Of a DNA stretch of 64,000 nt, positions 18,705 to 27,390 are shown piece after piece. A program made the translations under genes and the position numbers. The DNA lies in NCBI GenBank assembly GCA_964423885.1, contig CAYRGD010000004.1, positions 8,319-72,318 on the forward strand, read 5' to 3'. Source of the stretch: an uncultured Candidatus Saccharibacteria bacterium (GTDB taxonomy: Bacteria > Patescibacteriota > UBA1384 > JACPKC01). The notes beneath the pieces were generated by a model. It made no database searches. It was given only the letters and a program-made list of their open reading frames with translations, and was not told the DNA's origin. Position 1 is the stretch's first letter; every line of letters starts with the position of its first letter.

Positions 18705-20180
18705 ATGGGGCAGGCGACGACACCATCCACACTGCGCCGGACGACGAACGCGCTCGAGCTCGTCGGCATCGGGCCGGAGCGCGACCAGTTCCTTGAGAAC
18801 CTGTCGCTGCTCGTCGGATCCGGCACCGGCGTGCTCGTGGCGCTCGACAGCCTCCAGGCTGACGCCCGGTCGCATGCGATGCGCCGAATCATCGGCCGCG
18901 TGCGTGCGGACGTGGACGCCGGCCAGCCGTTGTCGAAGGCGCTCGCCGCCACCGGTTTGCTGTCGCCGCAGGTGATCTCGCTGCTCGCGATCGGCGAGTC
19001 GTCGGGCCGGCTGCCCGAGAACCTCAAGGTCGTGGCCGTCCAGCAGCAGAAAGAGCGGCTGTTCCAGTCGAAGCTGGTCTCGGCGATGATCTACCCGGCA
19101 CTCGTGTTCGGCATCACCATCCTGGTCGGGCTCATCATCGCCTGGTTCATCCTGCCGAAACTGGCATTGGTCTTTGGCCAGCTCCAGCTCGACCTGCCGG
19201 TCATGACCAAGATCCTCATCGCCGTAGGCGCGTTCCTCAACCGCTACGGGATCGTCGCCGTCCCGGCGCTCATCGCCGCCGGCGTCGTGGCGACCTACCT
19301 GTGCTTCTTCGCCGCGCCCACGCGCTGGATCGGCGAGCGGTTTATCCTGGCGATCCCCGGCCTGCGGCGCGTCGTCGTCGAGGTCGAACTCGCCCGGTTC
19401 AGTTACGTGATGGGCACCCTGCTCGAGGCCGGCCTGCCCGTACTCGACACGCTCGGGGCGATCGAGTCGGCGACGCCGTTCACGACCTACCGGCGCCTCT
19501 ACGGCCACCTGCGCCGCCAGCTGGCCGACGGCCACTCGTTCCGCAGCGCGCTCGAGTCGTACCCGAACGTCCGCCTGCTCGTCCCGATCCCGATCCAGCA
19601 GCTTATCAACGCCTCGGAGCAGTCCGGCAGCTTGGCCGGCTCGTTCCTGCGTATCAGCGCCCTGTACGAAGAGAAGACCGATATCACGACCAAGAACCTG
19701 GTCGTGGTCATCGAGCCGGTGTTGCTCGTACTGGTTTGGCTCGGCGTCATGTTCGTGGCTGTCGCCGTCATCCTGCCGATCTACCGGCTCGTGGGTGAGT
19801 TCAATACGACGGCCCTCGAACCGGCCACGTCGACGGAGCCGACCGTGACCGAGGCGGAGACGCCAGTGAGCGTACCGGTGGTAGCCAAGGCGGTACCCGA
19901 GGCGCCGGCCGACGGCCTGCCGCTGCCCGGCACCGTGTTGGGTGCACGCGATCCCGCGGCGACCGCTGCAGCCAGCCAGCCGACCGTGCTTGTGGCTGAC
20001 GGCGTGAGCTACGTCAACGTCCGCGACCGGCCGAGCGAGCACGGTGCGCTGGTCGGCCGCGCCGAGCCGGGCACGGACTACCCGGTGCTCGCAGCGGACA
20101 GCGGGTGGTACCAGATTACGTTGCCAGCAGGAGGGGTGGGGTGGGTATCCGGCCAGTTCGTCACGACCGTACAGCAGTAA
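18705..20180 (+). CDS. pilC: Type IV pilus platform protein PilC (GspF family) fused to a C-terminal SH3b-like domain
   Basis: Two GspF repeats (...IESATPF.., ..LYEEKTD..) with 3 TM segments, then a Thr/Pro/Ala linker and YVNVRDRPS..GWYQITLP..GWVSGQFV (bacterial SH3-like). Confidence 0.8.
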   Translation: MGQATTPSTLRRTTNALELVGIGPERDQFLENLSLLVGSGTGVLVALDSLQADARSHAMRRIIGRVRADVDAGQPLSKALAATGLLSPQVISLLAIGESSGRLPENLKVVAVQQQKERLFQSKLVSAMIYPALVFGITILVGLIIAWFILPKLALVFGQLQLDLPVMTKILIAVGAFLNRYGIVAVPALIAAGVVATYLCFFAAPTRWIGERFILAIPGLRRVVVEVELARFSYVMGTLLEAGLPVLDTLGAIESATPFTTYRRLYGHLRRQLADGHSFRSALESYPNVRLLVPIPIQQLINASEQSGSLAGSFLRISALYEEKTDITTKNLVVVIEPVLLVLVWLGVMFVAVAVILPIYRLVGEFNTTALEPATSTEPTVTEAETPVSVPVVAKAVPEAPADGLPLPGTVLGARDPAATAAASQPTVLVADGVSYVNVRDRPSEHGALVGRAEPGTDYPVLAADSGWYQITLPAGGVGWVSGQFVTTVQQ

Positions 20181-20620
20181 GCGGCGCCGTTGAGCACGGC
20201 TTCACGTTGCTCGAGGTGCTGCTGTCGCTTGCGCTCATGTCGGCGATCGTCGGCGTGTCCGCGCCGATCTACCAGTCGTTCCAAGTGAAGAACGACCTCG
20301 ACCTGGCCGCCAACGCGGTCGCTGCGGGGTTCCGCCGCGCCCAGATCCTGTCGCTCGCGAGCGACGGCGACAGCTCGTGGGGCGTCCATATCGCTGCCGG
20401 CTCGATCACGATCTTCAAGGGTGCGAGCTACGCTGGCCGCGACAGCGCCTACGACGAAACCACCGTCGTGCCGGGCACGATCACGCCGACCGGTCTTGGC
20501 GACGCGGTCTTCGCGCGTGTCACCGGCGCCTCGGGCGCGGCCGGGACGGTGACCCTGACCGCGAGCACCGGCCAGGTGCGCACGGTCGCGCTGTCGGCGA
20601 AAGGTACGGTGACGTACTGA
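20141..20620 (+). CDS. Pseudopilin/minor pilin with a class III (prepilin) signal. GTG start preceded by AGGAGG.
   Basis: ...EHG|FTLLEVLLSLALMSAIVGV. RBS AGGAGG at 20129-20134. Overlaps the pilC 3' end. Confidence 0.65.
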   Translation: MGIRPVRHDRTAVSGAVEHGFTLLEVLLSLALMSAIVGVSAPIYQSFQVKNDLDLAANAVAAGFRRAQILSLASDGDSSWGVHIAAGSITIFKGASYAGRDSAYDETTVVPGTITPTGLGDAVFARVTGASGAAGTVTLTASTGQVRTVALSAKGTVTY

Positions 20621-23600
20621 TGCACGTCCGGCCGACCGACAACCGGGCAGCGCACGGCCAGGGCGGCTTCTCGCTCGTCGAGGCGATGCTGTCGGCCGCG
20701 GTGTTCTCGATCGTGGTCACGAGCTTCGCCGGCGCGCTCATCGTGGGCCAGCAGTCCACGCTCGGTGCCGGTGCCCGCGCCCGGGCGATGAACCTGGCCG
20801 AAGAGGGGCTCGAGTCGGTCCGCAACATCCGCGACCAGGCGATGAACGAGCTCCAGTACGCCCAGAGCGGCGTCCAGGTGTCCGGCAACGTCTGGGGGTT
20901 CCTGGGCGAGGGTTCGACCGAAACGATTGACACGTTCACGCGCACGATCAGTTTCGGGGACGTGTGCCGCACCGGCGCGAACGTGATCGCCGCCTGCCCG
21001 GCGAGCTACACCGACCCGCACACGAAACAGGTCACCGTCGCGGTCAGCTGGCCGGTCGGGCCGGGATTGACCACCAGCTCGGTCACCCGGGTGAGCTACC
21101 TGACCGATTGGGAATCGGCCAGCTGGACGCAGACCAACTGGATCGGCGGGTCGGGACAAGTCGCCTGGTCGGCCACCGACAAATACGACAGCGCGACCGG
21201 CGTCAACGTTGGCGTCGCCGGCCAGGTGACGCTGGCTGGCATGGGCGGCGGTCTCTTTGTCGACGACGAGCAGGCCGAGTTCAACGCGGGGTCGCACAGC
21301 CAGACGCAGTACGATACCGGCAATACCTGGCTGGAGCTCACCGGTGCCGGCCAGACCGCCGGTACCGGCACGTTCACCTCGCGGATCTTCGATGCCGGCG
21401 GCACGGCGGTGTGGTCGGCGTTCGATTGGGTGCCGGTCCGGCCGACCGGCAAGGAACTGCCGAACGACGGCGCGACCGAGTCCGGCTACGCGGCCGGCAA
21501 CGTCGCCATGACGAACAACCAGTTCCTGTACCACCTGAACCAGAACTCGGGCGCCACGAGCTTCACGGACAACTCCGGCAACGGCCGCACTGCCACCTGT
21601 GCCGGCGGCCAGTGTCCCACGGCGGGCGTGGCCGGCAACCAAGGGAATGCGGTCACGTTCGACGGCACGAACGACCGCTTGACGAGCCCGGTCAACCTGG
21701 CGACCTACCTGGGCGGTACCTCGTCGTTGAGCGTCTGGATCAAAACCACCCAGACCGGCAACGCCACCTTCTGGGAAGCCCCGGGTATCACCGGTGTCGA
21801 GAGCAACGGGAACGGGAACGACATTTTCTGGGGTTGGATCAGTAACACCGGCCGGATCGGGTTCAACGTCGGTGACGGGGGCGGGCTCTTGAGCGCCAAT
21901 CCGATCAACAACAACCAGTGGCACCACGTGCTCATGACCAGGAACGCTACCACCGGCGCGATCGCGCTCTACGTCGACGGTGTCGCGCAGACCGGCACGA
22001 GCGACACCGGCGCGAAGACGACCGCCTTCACGACGATCGGGATGGTCGATGATACGGGCGGCACCCCGACGTTCTACGCCGGCTCGATGGACGAACTCGC
22101 CGTCTGGAACCGCGTACTCAGTCCCACCGAGGCGGCCGATATCTACCGCCGGGGCGCGCTCAACCTCACCTTCCAAGTCCGCTCCTGCGACGACGCGGCC
22201 TGCGCGGGCGAGTCGTTCATGGGGCCGGACGGCACCGGCAGTACGGTGTATTCGGAGATCGCGAACGCTACGCTGAATCCGCCGGCCACAACGGTGACGA
22301 ACGTTGCCAATAACCGGTACATGCAGTACCGCGCCGTACTGACGACGCTGAACGCCTCGCTCTCGCCGGAAGTGACCAAGGTCTCGCTGCCGCATATCGG
22401 GCTGCTCATCGACGATACGCAGGCGGAGTTCAATACGGGAACCTATACTGCCACCCAGTACGATACCGGCAACAGCTGGCTGGAGCTCACAGCTGGCGGC
22501 CAGAGTGCCGGTACCGGCACCTATGCCTCGGAAGTCTTCGACATCGGCGGTGCTGCCGCCTGGTCGACATTCGGCTGGCTGCCGCAGCGGCCGACAGGAA
22601 AGGAGTTGCCGGGCGCCGGTGGTATGGAAACGGGGTATACGACCGGGAATATGGCTATGACCGGCAACGTGCTCCTCGCGCATCTCAACGAGGCGTCGGG
22701 TACCACCTTCGCGGACAGCTCCGGCACCGGCAACAACGGCACCTGCACCGGCGTCGGCTGCCCCACATACGGCTCGGCAGGGAAGTTGGCCCAGGCGATC
22801 ACCGCAAACGGCACGAACGACGAGATAGTGGTGCCGGACGCGGCATCGCTCGATATCGCCGACGACCTCACGGTGATGGGGTGGTTCAACGCGACCGGCG
22901 CCGGTACCGCGCTCGGCGACATCGGGAACGCCACGATCGACTCGCTCGAGTTCGACACCGCCGACGGCCAGACGCCGGATATCCTGCAGGTGTCCGGCGA
23001 CGTCTACGTGGTCGCGTACACCGGTCCGGGGCAGGACGGCTGGCTGGCAACCTTCACGATCGACAGTTTCGGCAACGTGGGCAACGCCGTCATTGACACG
23101 CTCGAGTTCGATACCGCGGACGGCCGCTCGCCGTCGATCGTGCACGTCTCGGGCAACATCTACGCCGTGGCGTACGACGGCGTCGACAACGACGGCTGGG
23201 TGAAGACCTTCTCGATCACGCCGGCCGGCGATATCAGCAACGCCACGATCGATTCACTGGAATTCAATACCACGAACGGTCTGACGCCGCACCTGGTCCA
23301 TGTCTCCGGCACCGCCTACGCCGTCGCGTACACCGGGCCGGACGGCGACGGCTGGGTGACGTCCTTCACGATCAGTGCTGCCGGCGACATCAGCAACAGC
23401 ACGGTCGATTCCTTGGAGTTCGATACCGCCGACGGGTTGCGGCCGTATCTCTTTCCGGTCTCGGGCAACATCTACGCCGTGGCGTACACCGGGCCTGCGG
23501 GGGACGGGTTCCTCAAATCATTCACCGTTAGCGGCACCGGCGACATCGGGAACAGCGTGATCGATACGCTCGAATTCGACACCGCCGACGGCCAGGCACC

Positions 23601-24927
23601 ATCCGTGGTCCACGTATCCGGGAACGTCTTCGCGGTCGCCTATCGCGGGCCGGGCGACGACGGTTGGGTGAAGACGGTGACCATTAGCGGCACCGGCGAT
23701 ATCGGGAACGCCACCGTCTCTTCCTTCGAGTTCGATGCGTCGAACGGCCTGGCACCGCAGATCGCGCACGTCCACGGCAATGTCTACGCTGTCGCGTATA
23801 CCGGCCCAGGCAACGACGGATGGTCGGCCACCTTCACGATCAGTCCGGCGGGCACGATCGGTGGCGCGACCATCGACACGTTCGAGTGGAACACCAGCGA
23901 CGGCGTCGAGGCGTCGCTCATCCACGTCAATCGGGATATCTGGGCCGTCGCCTACCAGGGCCCGGCCGGCGACGGCTTCGTGACCACCTTCGACATCGCG
24001 AGCAACCGCGGCGTCTCGAAGAGCGGTGCCTACGGCCTGTCTTCGACCACCACGACCGCGACAGGTATTATCAACGGCGTGACGGTATCGAGCGCCATCA
24101 CCAGCGGATGGCACCACTTGGCACTCACCTACGACAACGATCTCGGCTCGAACCAAATCCGACTGTTCGTCGACGGCACCCAGACGGCGACGGCAACCCT
24201 GACCGCCGACATCAATCTCAATGATTGGGACGCGGTGCTCGGGAGCCAGTTCGCCGGCGCACTCGACGAGGTGGCGGTGTTCAGCCGGATGCTGTCGGCC
24301 ACGGAGGTGAACGATGCTTGGCGCCGCGGGGCGCTCCGGGCCAATTACCAAGTCCGCTCCTGCGACGACGCGGCCTGCGCGGGCGAGTCGTTCATGGGGC
24401 CGGACGGCACCGGCAGTACGGTGTACTCGGAGCTCATGAATACCGGCCTGACGCCGCCGAGCGCACTCCCGCTCACGAACGTCGCCGATAACCAGTACTT
24501 TCAATACCGAGTCGTACTTGAGACCGACGCCGCGGCTATTTCCCCGGAGATCCGATCGGTGACCATCCAGCACGGCGCGGGCGGCGGCAGCGGATACCAG
24601 GTAGCGGGGTCGCTGCTGTCGTCGGCGTATAATATGGGCGACGCCTCGCCGGTCGAAATCATCGAATGGGACCAGCAGGCTGCAAGCTGCAGTCCGGCCT
24701 GTTCGATCCGGTTCCAGTTGCGGACAGCGCCGGACAACGCCGGTTCGCCCGGCACGTGGACGGGCTGGTACGGCGCGACCGGTCCCGGCACCTACTTCAC
24801 GGCTGCGACCGGTACACGGGTCCCTGTGGCCTTGAACGGCAACCAGTGGGTGCAGTACCGCGTCGAGCTCGCCGGGGACGGTACCGACACCCCGACACTC
24901 GACGAAGTCCGCGTATACTACCGGTAA
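20620..24927 (+). CDS. Giant prepilin-anchored adhesin-like pseudopilin (1435 aa): two LamG/ConA-like modules plus 7 tandem propeller-like repeats of about 52 aa
   Basis: MHVRPTDNRAAHGQG|FSLVEAMLSAAVF prepilin N-terminus. A unit of about 370 aa is duplicated. 7 repeats of ..LEFDTADG..VSGN.YAVAYTGPG.DGW..TFTIS..G.IGNA.. Confidence 0.75.
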   Translation: MHVRPTDNRAAHGQGGFSLVEAMLSAAVFSIVVTSFAGALIVGQQSTLGAGARARAMNLAEEGLESVRNIRDQAMNELQYAQSGVQVSGNVWGFLGEGSTETIDTFTRTISFGDVCRTGANVIAACPASYTDPHTKQVTVAVSWPVGPGLTTSSVTRVSYLTDWESASWTQTNWIGGSGQVAWSATDKYDSATGVNVGVAGQVTLAGMGGGLFVDDEQAEFNAGSHSQTQYDTGNTWLELTGAGQTAGTGTFTSRIFDAGGTAVWSAFDWVPVRPTGKELPNDGATESGYAAGNVAMTNNQFLYHLNQNSGATSFTDNSGNGRTATCAGGQCPTAGVAGNQGNAVTFDGTNDRLTSPVNLATYLGGTSSLSVWIKTTQTGNATFWEAPGITGVESNGNGNDIFWGWISNTGRIGFNVGDGGGLLSANPINNNQWHHVLMTRNATTGAIALYVDGVAQTGTSDTGAKTTAFTTIGMVDDTGGTPTFYAGSMDELAVWNRVLSPTEAADIYRRGALNLTFQVRSCDDAACAGESFMGPDGTGSTVYSEIANATLNPPATTVTNVANNRYMQYRAVLTTLNASLSPEVTKVSLPHIGLLIDDTQAEFNTGTYTATQYDTGNSWLELTAGGQSAGTGTYASEVFDIGGAAAWSTFGWLPQRPTGKELPGAGGMETGYTTGNMAMTGNVLLAHLNEASGTTFADSSGTGNNGTCTGVGCPTYGSAGKLAQAITANGTNDEIVVPDAASLDIADDLTVMGWFNATGAGTALGDIGNATIDSLEFDTADGQTPDILQVSGDVYVVAYTGPGQDGWLATFTIDSFGNVGNAVIDTLEFDTADGRSPSIVHVSGNIYAVAYDGVDNDGWVKTFSITPAGDISNATIDSLEFNTTNGLTPHLVHVSGTAYAVAYTGPDGDGWVTSFTISAAGDISNSTVDSLEFDTADGLRPYLFPVSGNIYAVAYTGPAGDGFLKSFTVSGTGDIGNSVIDTLEFDTADGQAPSVVHVSGNVFAVAYRGPGDDGWVKTVTISGTGDIGNATVSSFEFDASNGLAPQIAHVHGNVYAVAYTGPGNDGWSATFTISPAGTIGGATIDTFEWNTSDGVEASLIHVNRDIWAVAYQGPAGDGFVTTFDIASNRGVSKSGAYGLSSTTTTATGIINGVTVSSAITSGWHHLALTYDNDLGSNQIRLFVDGTQTATATLTADINLNDWDAVLGSQFAGALDEVAVFSRMLSATEVNDAWRRGALRANYQVRSCDDAACAGESFMGPDGTGSTVYSELMNTGLTPPSALPLTNVADNQYFQYRVVLETDAAAISPEIRSVTIQHGAGGGSGYQVAGSLLSSAYNMGDASPVEIIEWDQQAASCSPACSIRFQLRTAPDNAGSPGTWTGWYGATGPGTYFTAATGTRVPVALNGNQWVQYRVELAGDGTDTPTLDEVRVYYR
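22173..22250 (+). repeat. 78-bp perfect direct repeat, copy 1 of 2 (copy 2 at 24348..24425)
   Basis: Identical 78 nt encode ..QVRSCDDAACAGESFMGPDGTGSTVY.. in both LamG-like modules. Confidence 0.85.
22918..24010 (+). repeat. Seven tandem coding repeats of about 156 bp (52 aa) each. They are divergent at the DNA level and conserved at the protein level.
   Basis: Repeats read directly from the translation: IDSLEFDTADGQTPDILQVSGDVYVVAYTGPGQDGWLATFTIDSFGNVGNAV and six more. Confidence 0.7.
24348..24425 (+). repeat. 78-bp perfect direct repeat, copy 2 of 2
   Basis: Identical to 22173..22250; about 2.2 kb apart within the same gene. Confidence 0.85.
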
Positions 24928-24931
24928 GCCT

Positions 24932-25465
24932 ATGCCGCTGCTGCCTCACCCTGCCCGTCGTGCCGCCCGCTCCCGCGGCTTCACGCTGGTCGAGCTCCTG
25001 CTCTACCTGGCGATCACGTCGATCATCATCACGAGCGTCTCCGGGTTCCTGATCACCATGCTGCAGGCCCGGGCCAAGTTCCAGACGATCAGCGAGGTCG
25101 AGGCGCAGGGCCAGCAGGCGATGCAGGCGATCACCCAGACGATCCGGAACGGCACGGCGATCACGAGCCCCGGCACGGGTACCTCGGCGGCCGCGCTCAC
25201 GATCACGGTCCCGACCGGCCCCTTGAGTCCGACCGTCTTCGACCTGTCGGGCGGCATCGTCCGCGTCAAGGAGGGCACGGGCGCGGTCCAGAACCTGACG
25301 ACCAGCCGGGTGACGGTGTCGGGCCTTGCGTTCGACAACCTGACCCGGGCCACCACCCAGGGGACGGTCCGGATCACGTTCACGGTCACGAGCGTCAACA
25401 CGAGCGGCCGGAACGAGTTCAGCTACGCCAAGACCTTCCGCGATACTGCCACCTTCCGCCAATGA
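24932..25465 (+). CDS. Pseudopilin/minor pilin (prepilin-type N-terminus)
   Basis: ...SRG|FTLVELLLYLAITSIIITSV class III signal. Confidence 0.7.
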   Translation: MPLLPHPARRAARSRGFTLVELLLYLAITSIIITSVSGFLITMLQARAKFQTISEVEAQGQQAMQAITQTIRNGTAITSPGTGTSAAALTITVPTGPLSPTVFDLSGGIVRVKEGTGAVQNLTTSRVTVSGLAFDNLTRATTQGTVRITFTVTSVNTSGRNEFSYAKTFRDTATFRQ

Positions 25466-25866
25466 CCCGCCGCACCGACCCTGCCGCCGGCTACGTCACC
25501 TTGCTTACGGTGTTGGTCGTGAGCGCCGTCGGCGTCGCGATCACGAGCTCGCTGCTCCTCCTGGGGCTCGGTAACGCCCGTTCGGGCCTGGCGCTCCAGC
25601 AGGCGAAAAACGCGGCTGCGCTCGCCGACGCCTGTGCCGAGGAGGCGCTCCAGCAGATGCGTTTCTCGCCGGCGTACTCGGGGACGGCCACCCTGTCGCT
25701 CGGCGCCGGCAGCTGCACGTACACGGTCACCGTGGGCGTGGGCGAGGCCCGCGAGGTGCGCTCGACCGGCACGGTCGGCTCGGTCGTCCGCAAGGTCATC
25801 GTTGCCGTGAGCGCGCTCACCCCGAAGACGGTCGTCGCCTCGTGGCAGGAAGTGGCGTCGTTCTAG
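25462..25866 (+). CDS. PilX-like minor pilin / pilus assembly protein
   Basis: N-terminal hydrophobic helix (GYVTLLTVLVVSAVGVAITSSLLLL), small Ala/Thr-rich domain and an ATGA overlap with the upstream pseudopilin. Confidence 0.5.
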   Translation: MTRRTDPAAGYVTLLTVLVVSAVGVAITSSLLLLGLGNARSGLALQQAKNAAALADACAEEALQQMRFSPAYSGTATLSLGAGSCTYTVTVGVGEAREVRSTGTVGSVVRKVIVAVSALTPKTVVASWQEVASF

Positions 25867-25931
25867 CTATCCACTAGCCAAGCGGCCTATCGATAGGCAC
25901 TATGAATGAAACAAGTACAAGGAGGGTTGCA

Positions 25932-26372
25932 ATGCATGAGCAGCGGCGCGGGTTCACGTTACTCGAAATTCTCTTGGTCGTCGGCGCGATCAGCATCCTG
26001 GCCGCCATCGTGATCGTGGCCCTGAACCCCACGAAGCAGCTCGCCGATACCCGCAACGCCCAGCGCCGGGTCGACGTGAATACGATCCTCAATGGCATCT
26101 ATCAGTACGCGATCGACCACAACGGCTCGCTGCCGGCAGCCATCACCACCAGCGCGACCGGGATCTGCCGGACCGATGGCGTGGACTGCAGCACGCTCAT
26201 CGACCTGCCGGAACTGACCACCAACGGCACCTACTTGGTGGCGATCCCACGCGACCCGACGGCTGCGGACGCGGACACCACCGGCTACACCGTCCTCAAG
26301 AACGTGAACAACCGGGTTACCGTGAGCGCCCCGTCCGCCGAGAGCGGCGCCACGATCAGCGTCACCCGCTAG
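25932..26372 (+). CDS. Type IV (major) pilin, GspG/PulG-like; tandem copy 1
   Basis: MHEQRRG|FTLLEILLVVGAISILAAIV, then ..ADTRNAQRRVDVNTILNGIYQYAIDHNGSLP.. AAGGAGG SD upstream. Confidence 0.8.
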   Translation: MHEQRRGFTLLEILLVVGAISILAAIVIVALNPTKQLADTRNAQRRVDVNTILNGIYQYAIDHNGSLPAAITTSATGICRTDGVDCSTLIDLPELTTNGTYLVAIPRDPTAADADTTGYTVLKNVNNRVTVSAPSAESGATISVTR

Positions 26373-26394
26373 TAGCAGCAAGAAAGGACACGCC

Positions 26395-26838
26395 ATGAAC
26401 CAGCACCGGTCGAAGCGCGGCTTCACCCTCTTGGAAATCCTGCTCGTCGTCGGCGCGATCGCCATCATCGCCGGCATCGTGATCCTCGCGATCAACCCGA
26501 GCAAGCAGCTCGCCGATACCCGTAACGCCCAGCGCCGGGTCGACGTGAACACGATCTTGAACGGCATCTACCAGTACGCGATCGACAACAACGGCGCCCT
26601 GCCGGCGACGATCACCGTCACCTCGACGCCGATCTGTAACACCGGCGGCACCTGCACCGGGCTCATCGACTTAGGCGTCCTGACGGCAAGCGGCACCTAC
26701 CTTGTCTCGATCCCGAAGGATCCGACCGGCGCCACGGTCAACAGCACGGCCTACAACGTGAGCAAGAACGCCAATGGCCGCGTGACCGTCAATGCCCCGT
26801 CCGCCGAGAGCAGCGCGACGATTTCGGTGACCCGCTAA
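26395..26838 (+). CDS. Type IV (major) pilin, tandem paralog; copy 2
   Basis: MNQHRSKRG|FTLLEILLVVGAIAIIAGIV. Largely identical in sequence to copy 1. Confidence 0.8.
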   Translation: MNQHRSKRGFTLLEILLVVGAIAIIAGIVILAINPSKQLADTRNAQRRVDVNTILNGIYQYAIDNNGALPATITVTSTPICNTGGTCTGLIDLGVLTASGTYLVSIPKDPTGATVNSTAYNVSKNANGRVTVNAPSAESSATISVTR

Positions 26839-26862
26839 GGATCCCGCACCCTGGGAGGGGTT

Positions 26863-27387
26863 ATGGCCGACTGTCCGAACGGTACCTGCAACCAGCCGAC
26901 GCTGCCTGGCACGCGTCGGCTGCACCGGTATCTGCATGATTCGGTGGATTGGTACCGCGACTGGCACCACCACCCGCTCCGCCCGCATGTCCACCTCGGC
27001 GTCCTGGTCATGAGCGTCTTCGTGCTCGGGATGGTTGTACTTACCCCGAACAAGACCGGCATCAAGGCCGAGATCGTCGGCCTGCCGGTGTCCGGCAAGC
27101 TTATCGATGTCGCCGGTACCCCGGTCCGTGACGGCACGCACAACGCGGTCTTCCGGCTCTACTCGGTCGAGCGGGGCGGGATCGCCCAGTGGACCGAGGT
27201 CCACGAAGGCGCCCACCGGCTCCTGACCGTCAACGGCATCTATACGGTAGAGCTCGGACTCCTCAATCGCTTCGACGGCACCTCGCTCGCCGGCCGCGCT
27301 TACCTGGGCATCTCGGTCGACGGGGGTCCCGAGCTCGCGCCGCGCGTCGAGATCGACCCGGCCACCCTGCAGGCGCTCACGGACTGA
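26863..27387 (+). CDS. Hypothetical single-pass membrane protein
   Basis: GGGAGG SD and one TM segment (LGVLVMSVFVLGMVVL). No recognisable motifs. Confidence 0.5.
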   Translation: MADCPNGTCNQPTLPGTRRLHRYLHDSVDWYRDWHHHPLRPHVHLGVLVMSVFVLGMVVLTPNKTGIKAEIVGLPVSGKLIDVAGTPVRDGTHNAVFRLYSVERGGIAQWTEVHEGAHRLLTVNGIYTVELGLLNRFDGTSLAGRAYLGISVDGGPELAPRVEIDPATLQALTD

Positions 27388-27390
27388 CCG

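Noticed and set aside
20377-20619. N-terminal extension of the giant pilin ORF
   Set aside because: The prepilin motif requires a short leader, and the ATG at 20620 gives a 15-aa leader before G|F. The extension overlaps the upstream pseudopilin in another frame.
22918-24010. CRISPR array
   Set aside because: The periodic repeats here are in-frame protein repeats with divergent DNA. There is no spacer-repeat alternation of short identical repeats anywhere in the window, and no cas genes.
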